A stretch of 64,000 bases of DNA from Bacillota bacterium (GTDB lineage: Bacteria > Bacillota_I > Bacilli_A > RF39 > UBA660). The DNA is taken from contig SVAH01000007.1 in assembly GCA_015059485.1 (NCBI GenBank), positions 3,011-67,010 on the forward strand, in the 5' to 3' direction. Of the stretch, positions 25,561-35,830 are shown one piece after another. A program made the translations under genes and the position numbers. Each line of letters begins with the position of its first letter. Position 1 is the stretch's first letter. The notes under the pieces are model-generated. The model saw only the letters and a list, made by a program, of their open reading frames with translations. It did not search any database and was not told the origin of the DNA.

Positions 25561-26070
25561 ATGGTAAATGAATTATTTAAATATGGAAAGTGTTTTTTTA
25601 CAAAACCTAATATTGAAAATGTAGATGACATGGTAGAGATGATGAATAATGAGAATATTTCCTCAATGTTATTTAATGGGAAAAGAACGGTAACAAAAAA
25701 GCAGGAAATCGATTGGATAAATAAGCATCAAAATGACAATACATTTTCAATTTATGATATAAAATCTTTAAAGTATATCGGTAACTGCGGTTTCAACGAA
25801 ATAGAAAATGATCGAGGAGAAATTGGACTTACTATATGTGAAGGGATGCAAGGAAAACATTATGCTAAAGATATAATTAATGGTTTAATAGAATATGGAT
25901 ATAATACTCTAAATTTAGATGAAATATATTGTATAATTTTTTCTGATAATATTAGATCGTTAAATTGTGTAAAACAATTAGGCTTTGAAGAATATAAACG
26001 TGATAAAAATGTGTTAAAAAGAAATGGTATAGAAGTAGACGATATTTACTTTAAGTTAGAAAGGAAATGA
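25561..26070 (+). CDS. GNAT family (RimJ/RimL-like) N-acetyltransferase
   Basis: ATG at 25561. Size and pattern GNCGFNEIE..GEIGLTI..QGKHYAKD. Confidence 0.65.
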   Translation: MVNELFKYGKCFFTKPNIENVDDMVEMMNNENISSMLFNGKRTVTKKQEIDWINKHQNDNTFSIYDIKSLKYIGNCGFNEIENDRGEIGLTICEGMQGKHYAKDIINGLIEYGYNTLNLDEIYCIIFSDNIRSLNCVKQLGFEEYKRDKNVLKRNGIEVDDIYFKLERK

Positions 26071-26074
26071 AAAA

Positions 26075-26854
26075 ATGAATAGAGAAGAGATAATAAATAA
26101 TCATTATAATAATTATTCTGAAGATGATAGATTTACAAAAGATAATTATCATAGTTTGGAATATACTGTATCTAAAACATACTTTGATAAATATATTAAA
26201 CCTGGAGATAGAATATTAGAAGTTGGTGCTGGAACAGGAGCATATTCTTTATACTATGCTAATAAAGGTTATAAAGTTAATGCGATTGAATTTGTAGAAC
26301 ATAATTTAAATATTTTAAAAAGTAAAATAGCTGATAACATGGATATTGTGGCAGAACAAGGAGATGCAGTTAATTTATCAAGATTTGAAGATAATACATT
26401 TGATGTGACTTTAGTTTTAGGACCACTATATCATTTATATGAAGATAATGAGATAAATAAGGCTATAAGTGAGGCGATTAGAGTTACAAAAAAGAATGGT
26501 ATTATAGCACTAGCTTATATAACAACTGATGGCGTGTTTGCTTCTTGGGCTATTGATCACTTAATTGATGGATATCCAAAAAGTTTTGATGATAATTTTA
26601 AACTAGTAAGAGAACCAGAAGAAATATTTGGAACGTTCTATATTCAAGAATTCAAGGATATAATGAGCAAATTCAATGTAACACTATTAAATAGTGTAGC
26701 AACTGATGGTATTGCTCCCTTAATGGAAGAAAAAATAAATGCACTGTCAGAAGAAGAGTTTAAAGTATGGGAAAAATATCAATTATCAGTATGTGAAAGA
26801 GAAGATTTACAAGGATATAGCTGCCATATGTTATATATCTGTAAGAAAAATTAA
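26075..26854 (+). CDS. Class I SAM-dependent methyltransferase
   Basis: Motif I RILEVGAGTGAYSL; post-I acidic residue. Confidence 0.85.
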   Translation: MNREEIINNHYNNYSEDDRFTKDNYHSLEYTVSKTYFDKYIKPGDRILEVGAGTGAYSLYYANKGYKVNAIEFVEHNLNILKSKIADNMDIVAEQGDAVNLSRFEDNTFDVTLVLGPLYHLYEDNEINKAISEAIRVTKKNGIIALAYITTDGVFASWAIDHLIDGYPKSFDDNFKLVREPEEIFGTFYIQEFKDIMSKFNVTLLNSVATDGIAPLMEEKINALSEEEFKVWEKYQLSVCEREDLQGYSCHMLYICKKN

Positions 26855-27026
26855 ATAATGAATTAAACAAAACTAGAAAATAGTTATTTTATTCATTGTT
26901 CTAGTACTAAGAAAAAAGTATTAATTAATAATTTTGATAAAAGCAAATATTTGATGAATGTGCTTTTTGCTAGTAAAAGTATACTATCGGATACTAAAAT
27001 ATTAAAAAGATAAGGTGGTGGTTAAT

Positions 27027-28136
27027 ATGGAAGTAAGAAATAATTATAAAGAATGTCTAACTAATTTAGCATGTTCTATTAGAAAATATTTTGAACTAGA
27101 ATATAAACATAATACACTTGATTATATCGATAAAATACTAAGTGAGTATAATCCTAAGAATGTAGTAACAATCCTTTGTGATGGAATGGGTTCCATTATA
27201 TTGGATAGAATGTTAGATAAAGATTCGTTTTTAGTAAGAAATAGAATAAAAACTATCACAACAGTTTTTCCAGCTACAACAGTAGCGGCAACTACTTCTA
27301 TGATGACTGGTTTAAATCCAGTAGAAACAGGAATGCTTGGTTGGGATATGTACTATAAAGATATTGACAAAACAATAACAGTATTTATGAATACTGAAAA
27401 AGGTACTGAAAATATATTAGATGAAGCAAAAGAATATAATGATAAACATATGATAAGAAAATCTATTATGGATGAAATAAATGAAAAAACTAATTATAAA
27501 GGTTATACTTTATTTCCATTCGGAGAAAATCCATATAATGATTTAGATGATATGTTTAAAATTATTAAGGATAAATGCTCAACTGATAAAAAGAAATATA
27601 TATATGCATATATTACAGAACCTGATCATACAATGCATGATATAGGGTGTGATAAAAAAGAAATAAAAGATATAATACTAGATTTAAACGATAGAATAGA
27701 AGAATTAAGTAATAGTTTAAGCGATACAATTATTTTTGTAGTGGCAGATCATGGACATCATAATGTTGAAAATATTCATTTAGAAGATTATCCTGATGTA
27801 GTAGCTTGCCTATTAAGAAATACATCATTAGAGCCAAGAGCTGTTAATTTCTTTATTAAAGAAGACAAAAAGCAGAAATTTAAAGAATTATTTAATAAAT
27901 ATTTTTCGAATGATTTTGATTTATATGATATGAATGATGTAATTAAATCTAAATTATTTGGTGATGGAGAAGAAAATGAAATATATAGAGATGCTTTAGG
28001 AGACTATTTGGCAATAGGAAAAACAAATAAAACACTACTTTATAATGGTAGTGAAGAATTAAAATCACAACATGCAGGATATACAGATGACGAAATATAT
28101 GTTCCAATTATATTATCAAAAACTAAAAAGAGATAA
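27027..28136 (+). CDS. Alkaline-phosphatase-superfamily (phosphodiesterase/pyrophosphatase-like) protein
   Basis: ATG at 27027. Metal-site motifs LCDGMGS, FPATTVAATTS, EPDHTMHD, ADHGHHN. Confidence 0.6.
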   Translation: MEVRNNYKECLTNLACSIRKYFELEYKHNTLDYIDKILSEYNPKNVVTILCDGMGSIILDRMLDKDSFLVRNRIKTITTVFPATTVAATTSMMTGLNPVETGMLGWDMYYKDIDKTITVFMNTEKGTENILDEAKEYNDKHMIRKSIMDEINEKTNYKGYTLFPFGENPYNDLDDMFKIIKDKCSTDKKKYIYAYITEPDHTMHDIGCDKKEIKDIILDLNDRIEELSNSLSDTIIFVVADHGHHNVENIHLEDYPDVVACLLRNTSLEPRAVNFFIKEDKKQKFKELFNKYFSNDFDLYDMNDVIKSKLFGDGEENEIYRDALGDYLAIGKTNKTLLYNGSEELKSQHAGYTDDEIYVPIILSKTKKR

Positions 28137-28184
28137 ATGTCTCTTTTTTTAATTTTATGCTATAATTTTATTAGGAGTGATAAT

Positions 28185-29060
28185 ATGAATGAGTGTGTAC
28201 TTGAGATTAAACACCTAAAAAAATATTATGGAAATATAAGAGGTGTAGAAGATGTATCTTTAAAGATTAACAAAGGAGAAATATATGGATTTATTGGACC
28301 TAATGGTGCAGGGAAAAGTACTACTATTAGAACAATAATTGGATTAATAAATAAAACTGATGGTAAGATTTATATAAATGGAAAAGAACATAATAAAGAT
28401 GATATAGAAACGAAAAAAATAATTGGCTATTTACCTAGTGAAATTAATTTATATGATGATATGAGTGTTAAAGAATTATTTGATTATCATGAATCATTCT
28501 ACAAATTTGATACGTCAAAAAGAAGAAAAGAATTAGTTAAGTTATTAAAGATACAAGAAAATAAAAAAATAGAGGATTTATCTTTAGGAAATCTAAAAAA
28601 AGTAGGAATAGTGCTTGCTTTAATTCATAATCCTAAAATACTAATATTAGATGAACCAACAAGTGGACTTGATCCACTTATGCAAAGTATATTCCATAAA
28701 TTATTATTAGAAGAAAAGAAGAAAGGAACAACAATACTTTATTCATCTCATGTATTAAGTGAAGTTTCAAATTTATGTGATAAAATTGGGTTTATAAAAG
28801 ATGGAAAAATAATAAAAGAAGATTTAATAGAAAATATTAAGAAAAATAATTATACATATTTAACTATAAGATCTAATGATATAAAAAAGATAAAGAAAGA
28901 ATTAAATTTAGAAATAAAAGAAGAAAAAGAAGAAAAAGTAAAATTTATTAATAATATGGATTGTAATACACTAATAAATAAATTATCTAAATATAATATA
29001 GATAGTTTATTAATAGAAGAAATAACATTAGAAGATTTATTTGAAAAATATTATAGGTAG
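28185..29060 (+). CDS. ABC transporter ATP-binding protein (ABC-2 type)
   Basis: ATG at 28185 after TAGGAGTGAT. GPNGAGKST, ILILDEPTSGLD. Confidence 0.9.
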   Translation: MNECVLEIKHLKKYYGNIRGVEDVSLKINKGEIYGFIGPNGAGKSTTIRTIIGLINKTDGKIYINGKEHNKDDIETKKIIGYLPSEINLYDDMSVKELFDYHESFYKFDTSKRRKELVKLLKIQENKKIEDLSLGNLKKVGIVLALIHNPKILILDEPTSGLDPLMQSIFHKLLLEEKKKGTTILYSSHVLSEVSNLCDKIGFIKDGKIIKEDLIENIKKNNYTYLTIRSNDIKKIKKELNLEIKEEKEEKVKFINNMDCNTLINKLSKYNIDSLLIEEITLEDLFEKYYR

Positions 29061-29068
29061 GTATTAAT

Positions 29069-29860
29069 ATGATAAGAAGAGAGTTAAAGTTTAATTTTAA
29101 AAGTTTCGTAATATGGACTAGTATTTTAATAGCAATATTTTTAGTAGTTTTTTTAATATATCCATATATAATTACTGATGATACAGTTAAAAGTATGGAC
29201 GAATTAATGAGTGTTTTTCCACCTGAAGTTTTAAAAGCATTTAATATGGATATGTCATCAATAGAAACAGTATATGGGTGGTTAAAATCAGAAGGGTTTA
29301 TGTTTGTGCTATTAATTGTTGGTTTTTATTCATCAATACTAGGTGGTAATATCTTACTTAAAGAAGAAAATGATAAAACAATAGAATATTTAGGAGCTAT
29401 ACCTATAAAAAGATCAAAGATAATAACAAATAAAATAATAGTAAGTATTATTTATATAATTTCAATGGTACTGCTACTAGGTATATTTAATTATATAGGT
29501 TTATTAGTAAGTGGCGATTTTGAGCATAAACAATTTATTTATCTAAGTATTACACCAATATTAATTGGTATACCACTTTTTGCTATTAATTTATTTATAT
29601 CAACATTCTTACATAAAACAAAGAAAACAATAGGTATTAGTTTGGGTATGGTATTTATCTTTTATTTATTTAACGTATTATCAGAATTATCTACTAATGT
29701 AGAATTTATGAAATACTTTAGTATTTATACATTAGCAGATGTAAGAAACGTAATTTCAAATGTTTCTATTAATATGGTTAATGTAATTATTAGTGTCTTA
29801 ATTACTATATTATTTTTAATTGGAACATATATAAGATATGGTAAAAAAGAATTGATTTAA
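29069..29860 (+). CDS. ABC-2 type transporter permease
   Basis: Six TM helices; immediately downstream of the ATPase gene. Confidence 0.6.
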   Translation: MIRRELKFNFKSFVIWTSILIAIFLVVFLIYPYIITDDTVKSMDELMSVFPPEVLKAFNMDMSSIETVYGWLKSEGFMFVLLIVGFYSSILGGNILLKEENDKTIEYLGAIPIKRSKIITNKIIVSIIYIISMVLLLGIFNYIGLLVSGDFEHKQFIYLSITPILIGIPLFAINLFISTFLHKTKKTIGISLGMVFIFYLFNVLSELSTNVEFMKYFSIYTLADVRNVISNVSINMVNVIISVLITILFLIGTYIRYGKKELI

Positions 29861-29953
29861 TAAAAAAATGTCAAAAAAATCAGATTAATATATTTTAATA
29901 ATGACTTTTTTTCATAAAACTGTTATAATGTTATGGAAGTATAGGTGTAGTTT

Positions 29954-31489
29954 ATGAAAAAAGGCAGAAATAAAAATTTACATATAGTTTTATTAATGAT
30001 AATTACAATTATATTTGTAGCGGCAGGATATTTAAAAGTATATTTTTCAAAAACAAATTTTGAAGAAATTATTTTTTATGTAAGAAGCGGGTTAGACAAT
30101 GGAGATATGAGTGTTTTTTGGTATGCTGTAAAAGTATGTTTACCATTCATAATAGTATTATTTACTATATTTTATAGTTTATTTTATGAAATACCATTTA
30201 AAAAAGAACAAACTATAATAATTAAAAATAAAAAAATATATCCTGTTAGATTTTTTAAAGAGCATGTAAAAGGTGCAACAATAACATTATTTGTTTTATC
30301 ATTATGTTCAATATCTTGGAGTGTTAATTTGTTAAATTATGTTATATATACTAATTTTCCATCTAATTTTATTGAAGAAAATTATGTTAATCCAAAAGAA
30401 ACAGAAATAAGATTTGATGAAAAAAGAAATTTAATAATGATATATGTCGAATCACTTGAAACATCTTTATTTACAAAAGAACAAGGTGGATACTGGAAAT
30501 ATGATGTAATACCAGAATTATATAAAATATATAAAGATGATGATACCGTAGTTTTTTATGATAAAGATATATCACAGACCTCAAATATGATACAAGGTTC
30601 ATCTTGGACAACGGCATCCTTAGTAGCCAATTCATCAGGTGTTCCATTTAAAATAAGAATTAATAAAAACGGGTATCATTCAAAAAATTTCTTAAATGGT
30701 AGTTATACATTAGGCGATTTACTTGAGGATAACGGTTATTATAATGAATTAATATCAGGTGCAACGACATCATTTGGTGGATTGAAAGAATTTTATAAAA
30801 GACATGGTAATTACAATATAATTGATAAAAATACACTTAAGAAATATGATTTAAAAATGAAAAAAGATGATAAAGGAAAATGGGGATTTAATGATAAATA
30901 TTTATTTGAAGTAGCAAAAAAGAGATTAGATGTAATATCTAAACAGGATGAACCATTTAATTTGAATTTGGTTTCTATAGATACTCACTTTGTAGATGGC
31001 TTTGTTGGAAATTATTCAGAAACAAAATATAAAGAACAGTATGAAAATGCATATGCAACAACATCAAGATTAATTTATGATTTTGTAGAGTGGGTAAAAA
31101 TGCAACCTTATTATGAAAATACAACCATTGTTATAATGGGAGATCATCTATCAATGCAAGATGAATTCTTCTTTAAACATAGAGTGAAGGATAGATATGT
31201 GTACAATTGCATAATAAATCCAAGAAATAATATTGGAAAACAAAAAAATAGAGTAATAACAGCACTTGATACATATCCAACTGTTGTTTCTGCAATTGGA
31301 GGAAATATTAAAGGCAATAAATTAGGTTTAGGAGTTAACTTATTCTCAAAAGAAAAAACACTTGCTGAAAAACTAGGGGTAAAAAAATTAGATAGAGAGT
31401 TAAGAAAAAAATCAAAATTTTATAATGATAACATATTAAATGATGAATATTTAAAAAAGTTTGAATTAGATAAGAAAGTAGGTAGTTAA
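29954..31489 (+). CDS. LtaS/sulfatase-family membrane transferase
   Basis: N-terminal TM bundle plus extracellular sulfatase-like domain (SSWTTAS, IMGDHL). Confidence 0.65.
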   Translation: MKKGRNKNLHIVLLMIITIIFVAAGYLKVYFSKTNFEEIIFYVRSGLDNGDMSVFWYAVKVCLPFIIVLFTIFYSLFYEIPFKKEQTIIIKNKKIYPVRFFKEHVKGATITLFVLSLCSISWSVNLLNYVIYTNFPSNFIEENYVNPKETEIRFDEKRNLIMIYVESLETSLFTKEQGGYWKYDVIPELYKIYKDDDTVVFYDKDISQTSNMIQGSSWTTASLVANSSGVPFKIRINKNGYHSKNFLNGSYTLGDLLEDNGYYNELISGATTSFGGLKEFYKRHGNYNIIDKNTLKKYDLKMKKDDKGKWGFNDKYLFEVAKKRLDVISKQDEPFNLNLVSIDTHFVDGFVGNYSETKYKEQYENAYATTSRLIYDFVEWVKMQPYYENTTIVIMGDHLSMQDEFFFKHRVKDRYVYNCIINPRNNIGKQKNRVITALDTYPTVVSAIGGNIKGNKLGLGVNLFSKEKTLAEKLGVKKLDRELRKKSKFYNDNILNDEYLKKFELDKKVGS

Positions 31490-31490
31490 A

Positions 31491-32117
31491 ATGTTTATAA
31501 TAAAAGTTCATAAATCAGTAATTGTAACATATTTAGGAGTTATATTTGCAAGTATAGCAATGTATTTTGCATTTACAAAAATGGCATTTTCAGAAATATC
31601 ATATTTAAGATATTCACTTATATTCTTAGTTTTATCTGGAATTTGTGATATGTTTGATGGTAAAGTTGCACGTATGTGTAAAAGAACAGAAGAAGAAAAA
31701 GAATTTGGAATACAAATTGATTCACTTGCAGATACAGTTAATTTTGTAGTACTTCCAGTTGTTATAATGTTATCACTTGGTATGAATACAATCTTAGATG
31801 TAGTAGCATATATGTTACTAATATTATGTGGAGTATCTAGACTTGGATATTTTAATGTTCATGCAAGTATGGATAATCCAGTAAAATTTTATAGTGGACT
31901 TCCCGTAACATCAACTGCAATAATATATCCACTTCTTGGATTACTGCATGGAAATATTTCTGAAAATCTATTTCAAAACATATATTTAGTAGCAACATTT
32001 TTAATAGCCTTCTTATTTGTAGCAAAAATAAAAGTTCCAAAATTAAAAGGACTTGCATATGTAATAGTCCCTATATTGGCTGCAATATTAGTGGTATTAT
32101 TATTGGTAATTAGATAA
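31491..32117 (+). CDS. pssA: CDP-alcohol phosphatidyltransferase (phosphatidylserine synthase-like)
   Basis: D(x)2DG(x)2AR...D(x)3D motif: CDMFDGKVAR...QIDSLADTV. Confidence 0.8.
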   Translation: MFIIKVHKSVIVTYLGVIFASIAMYFAFTKMAFSEISYLRYSLIFLVLSGICDMFDGKVARMCKRTEEEKEFGIQIDSLADTVNFVVLPVVIMLSLGMNTILDVVAYMLLILCGVSRLGYFNVHASMDNPVKFYSGLPVTSTAIIYPLLGLLHGNISENLFQNIYLVATFLIAFLFVAKIKVPKLKGLAYVIVPILAAILVVLLLVIR

Positions 32118-32938
32118 TGTATTATGATATAAAAAATGATAAAAAAATAATTATAAAAGAATCATCAGCACTAAAATTTTTATATAATACATTAATTGGA
32201 AGGCTACTATTAAAAATATTTACCACTAAGTTTGTTGCAAATACATATGCTAAATATATGAACTCTAAATTATCTAAAAGAAAAATAAATAAGTTTATTT
32301 TAAAAAATAATATAAATATGGATGATTATGAAGAGAAAGATTATACATCATTTAATGATTTTTTCATGAGAAATGTAAAAAGTGGTAAGAGAAAAATTGA
32401 AGATGGTCTTTTTGCTATTTGTGATAGTAAACTTAGTGTTTATAAAATAGATGAAAATTCTAAATTTAATATTAAGAATTCTATATATACGGTTGAAGAA
32501 TTAATTGATGAAAAAAGAGATTATAAATATGCATTAATATTTAGATTGTGCGTAGATGATTATCATCACTATATATTTCCAGATAGTGGAAAAGTAATAA
32601 ATAGTAAGTATATTAATGGTAAACTACATACTGTGCAACCTATTGCATTAAAAAAGTATAAAGTATTCCATGAAAATAGCAGACAAGTAACATTTTTAGA
32701 TTGCGATAATTTAGGAGATGTTTGTATAATTGAAGTTGGTGCATTGATTGTAGGTAAAATTGTTAATGAAGATGTTAAAAGTTTTAAAAGAGGCGATGAA
32801 AAAGGCCATTTTGAATTTGGAGGTTCTACAGTTATAATGCTTCTAAATAAAGATATAGAAATAAACGAAAAAATAATTGAAATGAGTAATAATGATATTG
32901 AAACAATAGTTAGGATGGGTCAAAATATAGGGAGGTGA
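32117..32938 (+). CDS. psd: Phosphatidylserine decarboxylase
   Basis: Self-cleavage motif FEFGGSTVIML; start overlaps the pssA stop. Confidence 0.8.
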   Translation: MYYDIKNDKKIIIKESSALKFLYNTLIGRLLLKIFTTKFVANTYAKYMNSKLSKRKINKFILKNNINMDDYEEKDYTSFNDFFMRNVKSGKRKIEDGLFAICDSKLSVYKIDENSKFNIKNSIYTVEELIDEKRDYKYALIFRLCVDDYHHYIFPDSGKVINSKYINGKLHTVQPIALKKYKVFHENSRQVTFLDCDNLGDVCIIEVGALIVGKIVNEDVKSFKRGDEKGHFEFGGSTVIMLLNKDIEINEKIIEMSNNDIETIVRMGQNIGR

Positions 32939-32963
32939 TATTATTAAAAGCTTTAAAAAATAT

Positions 32964-33974
32964 TTGCTAATGTTATTTTTTTTAATTTTAATAATATTCT
33001 TCACTTGCTACACCATATATGATAAAGAATCATTTTTATTATTAAAAGAAAATATACGAGATATAAAGTATTATTATATAATAATATGTTTAGTTATAAT
33101 ATGTTTATACTTCTTACTGCAAGGTATTTATATGAAAAGCATACTTAATACTTTAAAACATAAAATATCGTTAAAAAAGGGAATATTTTATTCTATGCTA
33201 GAATTTTATTTTAGTGGTATAACACCTTCATCAACTGGTGGACAGCCAGTTCAATTATATTACATGACTAAAGATGATATACCTATTAGAAAAAGCTATA
33301 TAACCTTAATGCTTAATACAATTTATTTTAAAATAATAATACTAATAATGGGGATAGTAGCACTATTATTTAAAAGTGACATAATTTTTTCTAGTAGACA
33401 TATATATATTTTTTTCTTCATACTAGGCTTTGTAGTGGATCTTGCAATTGCACTTATTGCATTGCTTTTAGTGTTTAAGCAAAATTTGGTAAAAAGAATG
33501 TTAAATAAAATAGTAAAAATTGGTAAAAAAACAAAAATTTTTAGAAAAAAAGTAGAAAATTTAAAAGAAGATGAAATATTAAAATTATATAATAGTGAAA
33601 TTGATTATATTTTTTCACATAAAAAAACAGTAGTATTAAATTTTTTACTTACATTTGTTCAAAGGGTATTATTGTTTTCTATAGCGTATGTTATATATAG
33701 AGGATTAGGATTTAATACATATTCTTATTTTGATTTAGTAATGATTCAAGTTATAGTTCAAGTATCTATAGAGTCTTTTCCACTACCTGGTGGAGCCGGT
33801 TTATCAGAAGGATTATTACATAATATATTTGTAATGATATTTGCATCAAAACTTGCGGATGTTGGAATGCTTCTTATAAGAACTTTCTCATTCTATATAC
33901 CACTTATAGTTTGTGGTATTATTATACTAATATATAATATAATTATTAGTAATAAGAAAGAAAATGTAAAATAA
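32964..33974 (+). CDS. Flippase-like (MprF N-terminal-like, UPF0104) membrane protein
   Basis: Eight TM helices; PLPGGAGLSEG motif. Start uncertain: the frame is open upstream to the psd stop region. Confidence 0.5.
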   Translation: MLMLFFLILIIFFTCYTIYDKESFLLLKENIRDIKYYYIIICLVIICLYFLLQGIYMKSILNTLKHKISLKKGIFYSMLEFYFSGITPSSTGGQPVQLYYMTKDDIPIRKSYITLMLNTIYFKIIILIMGIVALLFKSDIIFSSRHIYIFFFILGFVVDLAIALIALLLVFKQNLVKRMLNKIVKIGKKTKIFRKKVENLKEDEILKLYNSEIDYIFSHKKTVVLNFLLTFVQRVLLFSIAYVIYRGLGFNTYSYFDLVMIQVIVQVSIESFPLPGGAGLSEGLLHNIFVMIFASKLADVGMLLIRTFSFYIPLIVCGIIILIYNIIISNKKENVK

Positions 33975-33975
33975 T

Positions 33976-34497
33976 ATGAATGTTATATTTTTAGATTTTG
34001 ATGGAGTATTATTTACTAGCCATAATAATACACAAGAGCAAATTGAAAAAAGAATATCCATTTTAGGTGATATATGCAAAGAATATAATTGTAAAGTTGT
34101 AATTGAATCATCGCATAAATATGATTTAGATGAATTTTTGAATACTAAAATAGAATGGTTAGAAAATATTTTTGAATTATTTGATAAGTATGGGATAGAT
34201 TGTATTGGTAAAACTCCTAGTGTTCAGAAAAGAATAGGATGTGCAATAATTGAAATCTGGAAAGAAGATGAGATTGAACTTTATTTGAATGAACATCCTG
34301 AAATAGAGCATTTTTGTATAATAGATGATGACGATTTAGGCCCTAATAATTCTGATTTAAATAAATTTAGAGATCATTTAGTACAAACGACTTTTTACTC
34401 AGATAATTATGAAGAAGAAGGACTGCTTGAAATTCATAAAAAACAAGTAGGAAAAGTATTAATGTTAGATAGAAAAAATAAAATATCAGTAAGATGA
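33976..34497 (+). CDS. HAD-like hypothetical protein
   Basis: N-terminal FLDFDGVL (DxDx motif I). Confidence 0.35.
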   Translation: MNVIFLDFDGVLFTSHNNTQEQIEKRISILGDICKEYNCKVVIESSHKYDLDEFLNTKIEWLENIFELFDKYGIDCIGKTPSVQKRIGCAIIEIWKEDEIELYLNEHPEIEHFCIIDDDDLGPNNSDLNKFRDHLVQTTFYSDNYEEEGLLEIHKKQVGKVLMLDRKNKISVR

Positions 34498-34596
34498 TAG
34501 TAAAAAAGAAATGTAAAGAATAGTAAAACACTATTCTTTTTTATTGATAAAATAAGATTTTTTAAGTTAAAATAAAGATAGAATAGGAGAATGACT

Positions 34597-35757
34597 ATGC
34601 GATATGGATATAAAAAAAGTTTTATAGTTATTAATTGCATATTAGTTATTTCATTAGTATTTTTATTATTAAATGTATTTATATTAAAGCAAGTTGAATT
34701 TTGGTTTTGCGGACTTGCAACATTAATTCCGTTTATTATAATTGCTTTAAGATATGGCTATGAATCTAGAAATAGAAGATTTACATATGAAACAATGTTT
34801 TATATTTTTAGTTTTACGATTGTATATTTGATTATTACTTATATGCTTGGTATATCTACTGGATTTAATTTAACTATTTATAGATTAAACTCAACAAATT
34901 TTTTAACAAACATTATACCTTATATATTTGTAATAATAAGTGGAGAATTATTAAGATATGAAATTGTAAGAAAATGTGATACATCACCACTTGCATACAT
35001 ACTTGTTACGTTAATATTAATAATAATAGATTGTACAATTTATTTAACTACTTTTGATTTATTAACAGGTGATGGTCAAATAAAGTATATATGTTATATA
35101 ATTTTACCTAGTATTTCTAAAAACTGTTTATTATTATATACAACTAGAATAGCGGGACCATATCCAAGTTTAATATATAGGACACTTACTGAATTAAAAA
35201 ATTTCATAATTCCAATTGTTCCCGATTTTGGAATGTATTTTGAAAGTGTAATTTTAACAATTATTCCAGGAATTATTGGATTTATGATTTATAGTAGTTT
35301 AAAGCAATATCAAAATAAAGAAGTAGAAGGTAAAACACTAAAACAAAGTAAATTTTATATTTATGCCTCAATTATAGTAATAATAGTTGCAGTAATATCA
35401 TTAGTTCTTTTATCGTGCTGCAGATTTAAATACGGGATGTTATCAATTGGCTCAGGATCAATGACTGGAACAATAAATAAAGGTGATGCTGTCATATATG
35501 AATCTTTAAATAAAAATAATGTACCTGAAAAAGGAAAAATAATAGTATTTAGAAAAGAAGAAAAAGTAATAGTTCATAGAATAATTAAAGTTGTAAAAGT
35601 AAGCAACACAGAGACTGTTTATTATACTAAGGGTGATGCAAATAAAACGGAAGATGGCTACCCAATACCTACAAAAGATATAATTGGAATTGTTAAAAAG
35701 AGAATAAAATATATTGGATATCCTTCAGTTTTTTTGTACGAAATGGCAAAAAAATAA
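34597..35757 (+). CDS. SipW-type (S26B) signal peptidase I fused to a ~270-aa polytopic N-terminal domain
   Basis: C-terminal GSGSMTGTINKGD (catalytic Ser), VHRII (His), TKGDAN. Preceded by about 8 TM helices. Confidence 0.65.
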   Translation: MRYGYKKSFIVINCILVISLVFLLLNVFILKQVEFWFCGLATLIPFIIIALRYGYESRNRRFTYETMFYIFSFTIVYLIITYMLGISTGFNLTIYRLNSTNFLTNIIPYIFVIISGELLRYEIVRKCDTSPLAYILVTLILIIIDCTIYLTTFDLLTGDGQIKYICYIILPSISKNCLLLYTTRIAGPYPSLIYRTLTELKNFIIPIVPDFGMYFESVILTIIPGIIGFMIYSSLKQYQNKEVEGKTLKQSKFYIYASIIVIIVAVISLVLLSCCRFKYGMLSIGSGSMTGTINKGDAVIYESLNKNNVPEKGKIIVFRKEEKVIVHRIIKVVKVSNTETVYYTKGDANKTEDGYPIPTKDIIGIVKKRIKYIGYPSVFLYEMAKK

Positions 35758-35830
35758 GAACAATACCATAAAAAATTAATTGTAAAGTGTAAAATGAAAT
35801 GGTATAATCTTTTTAGAATAGGTGATACAT

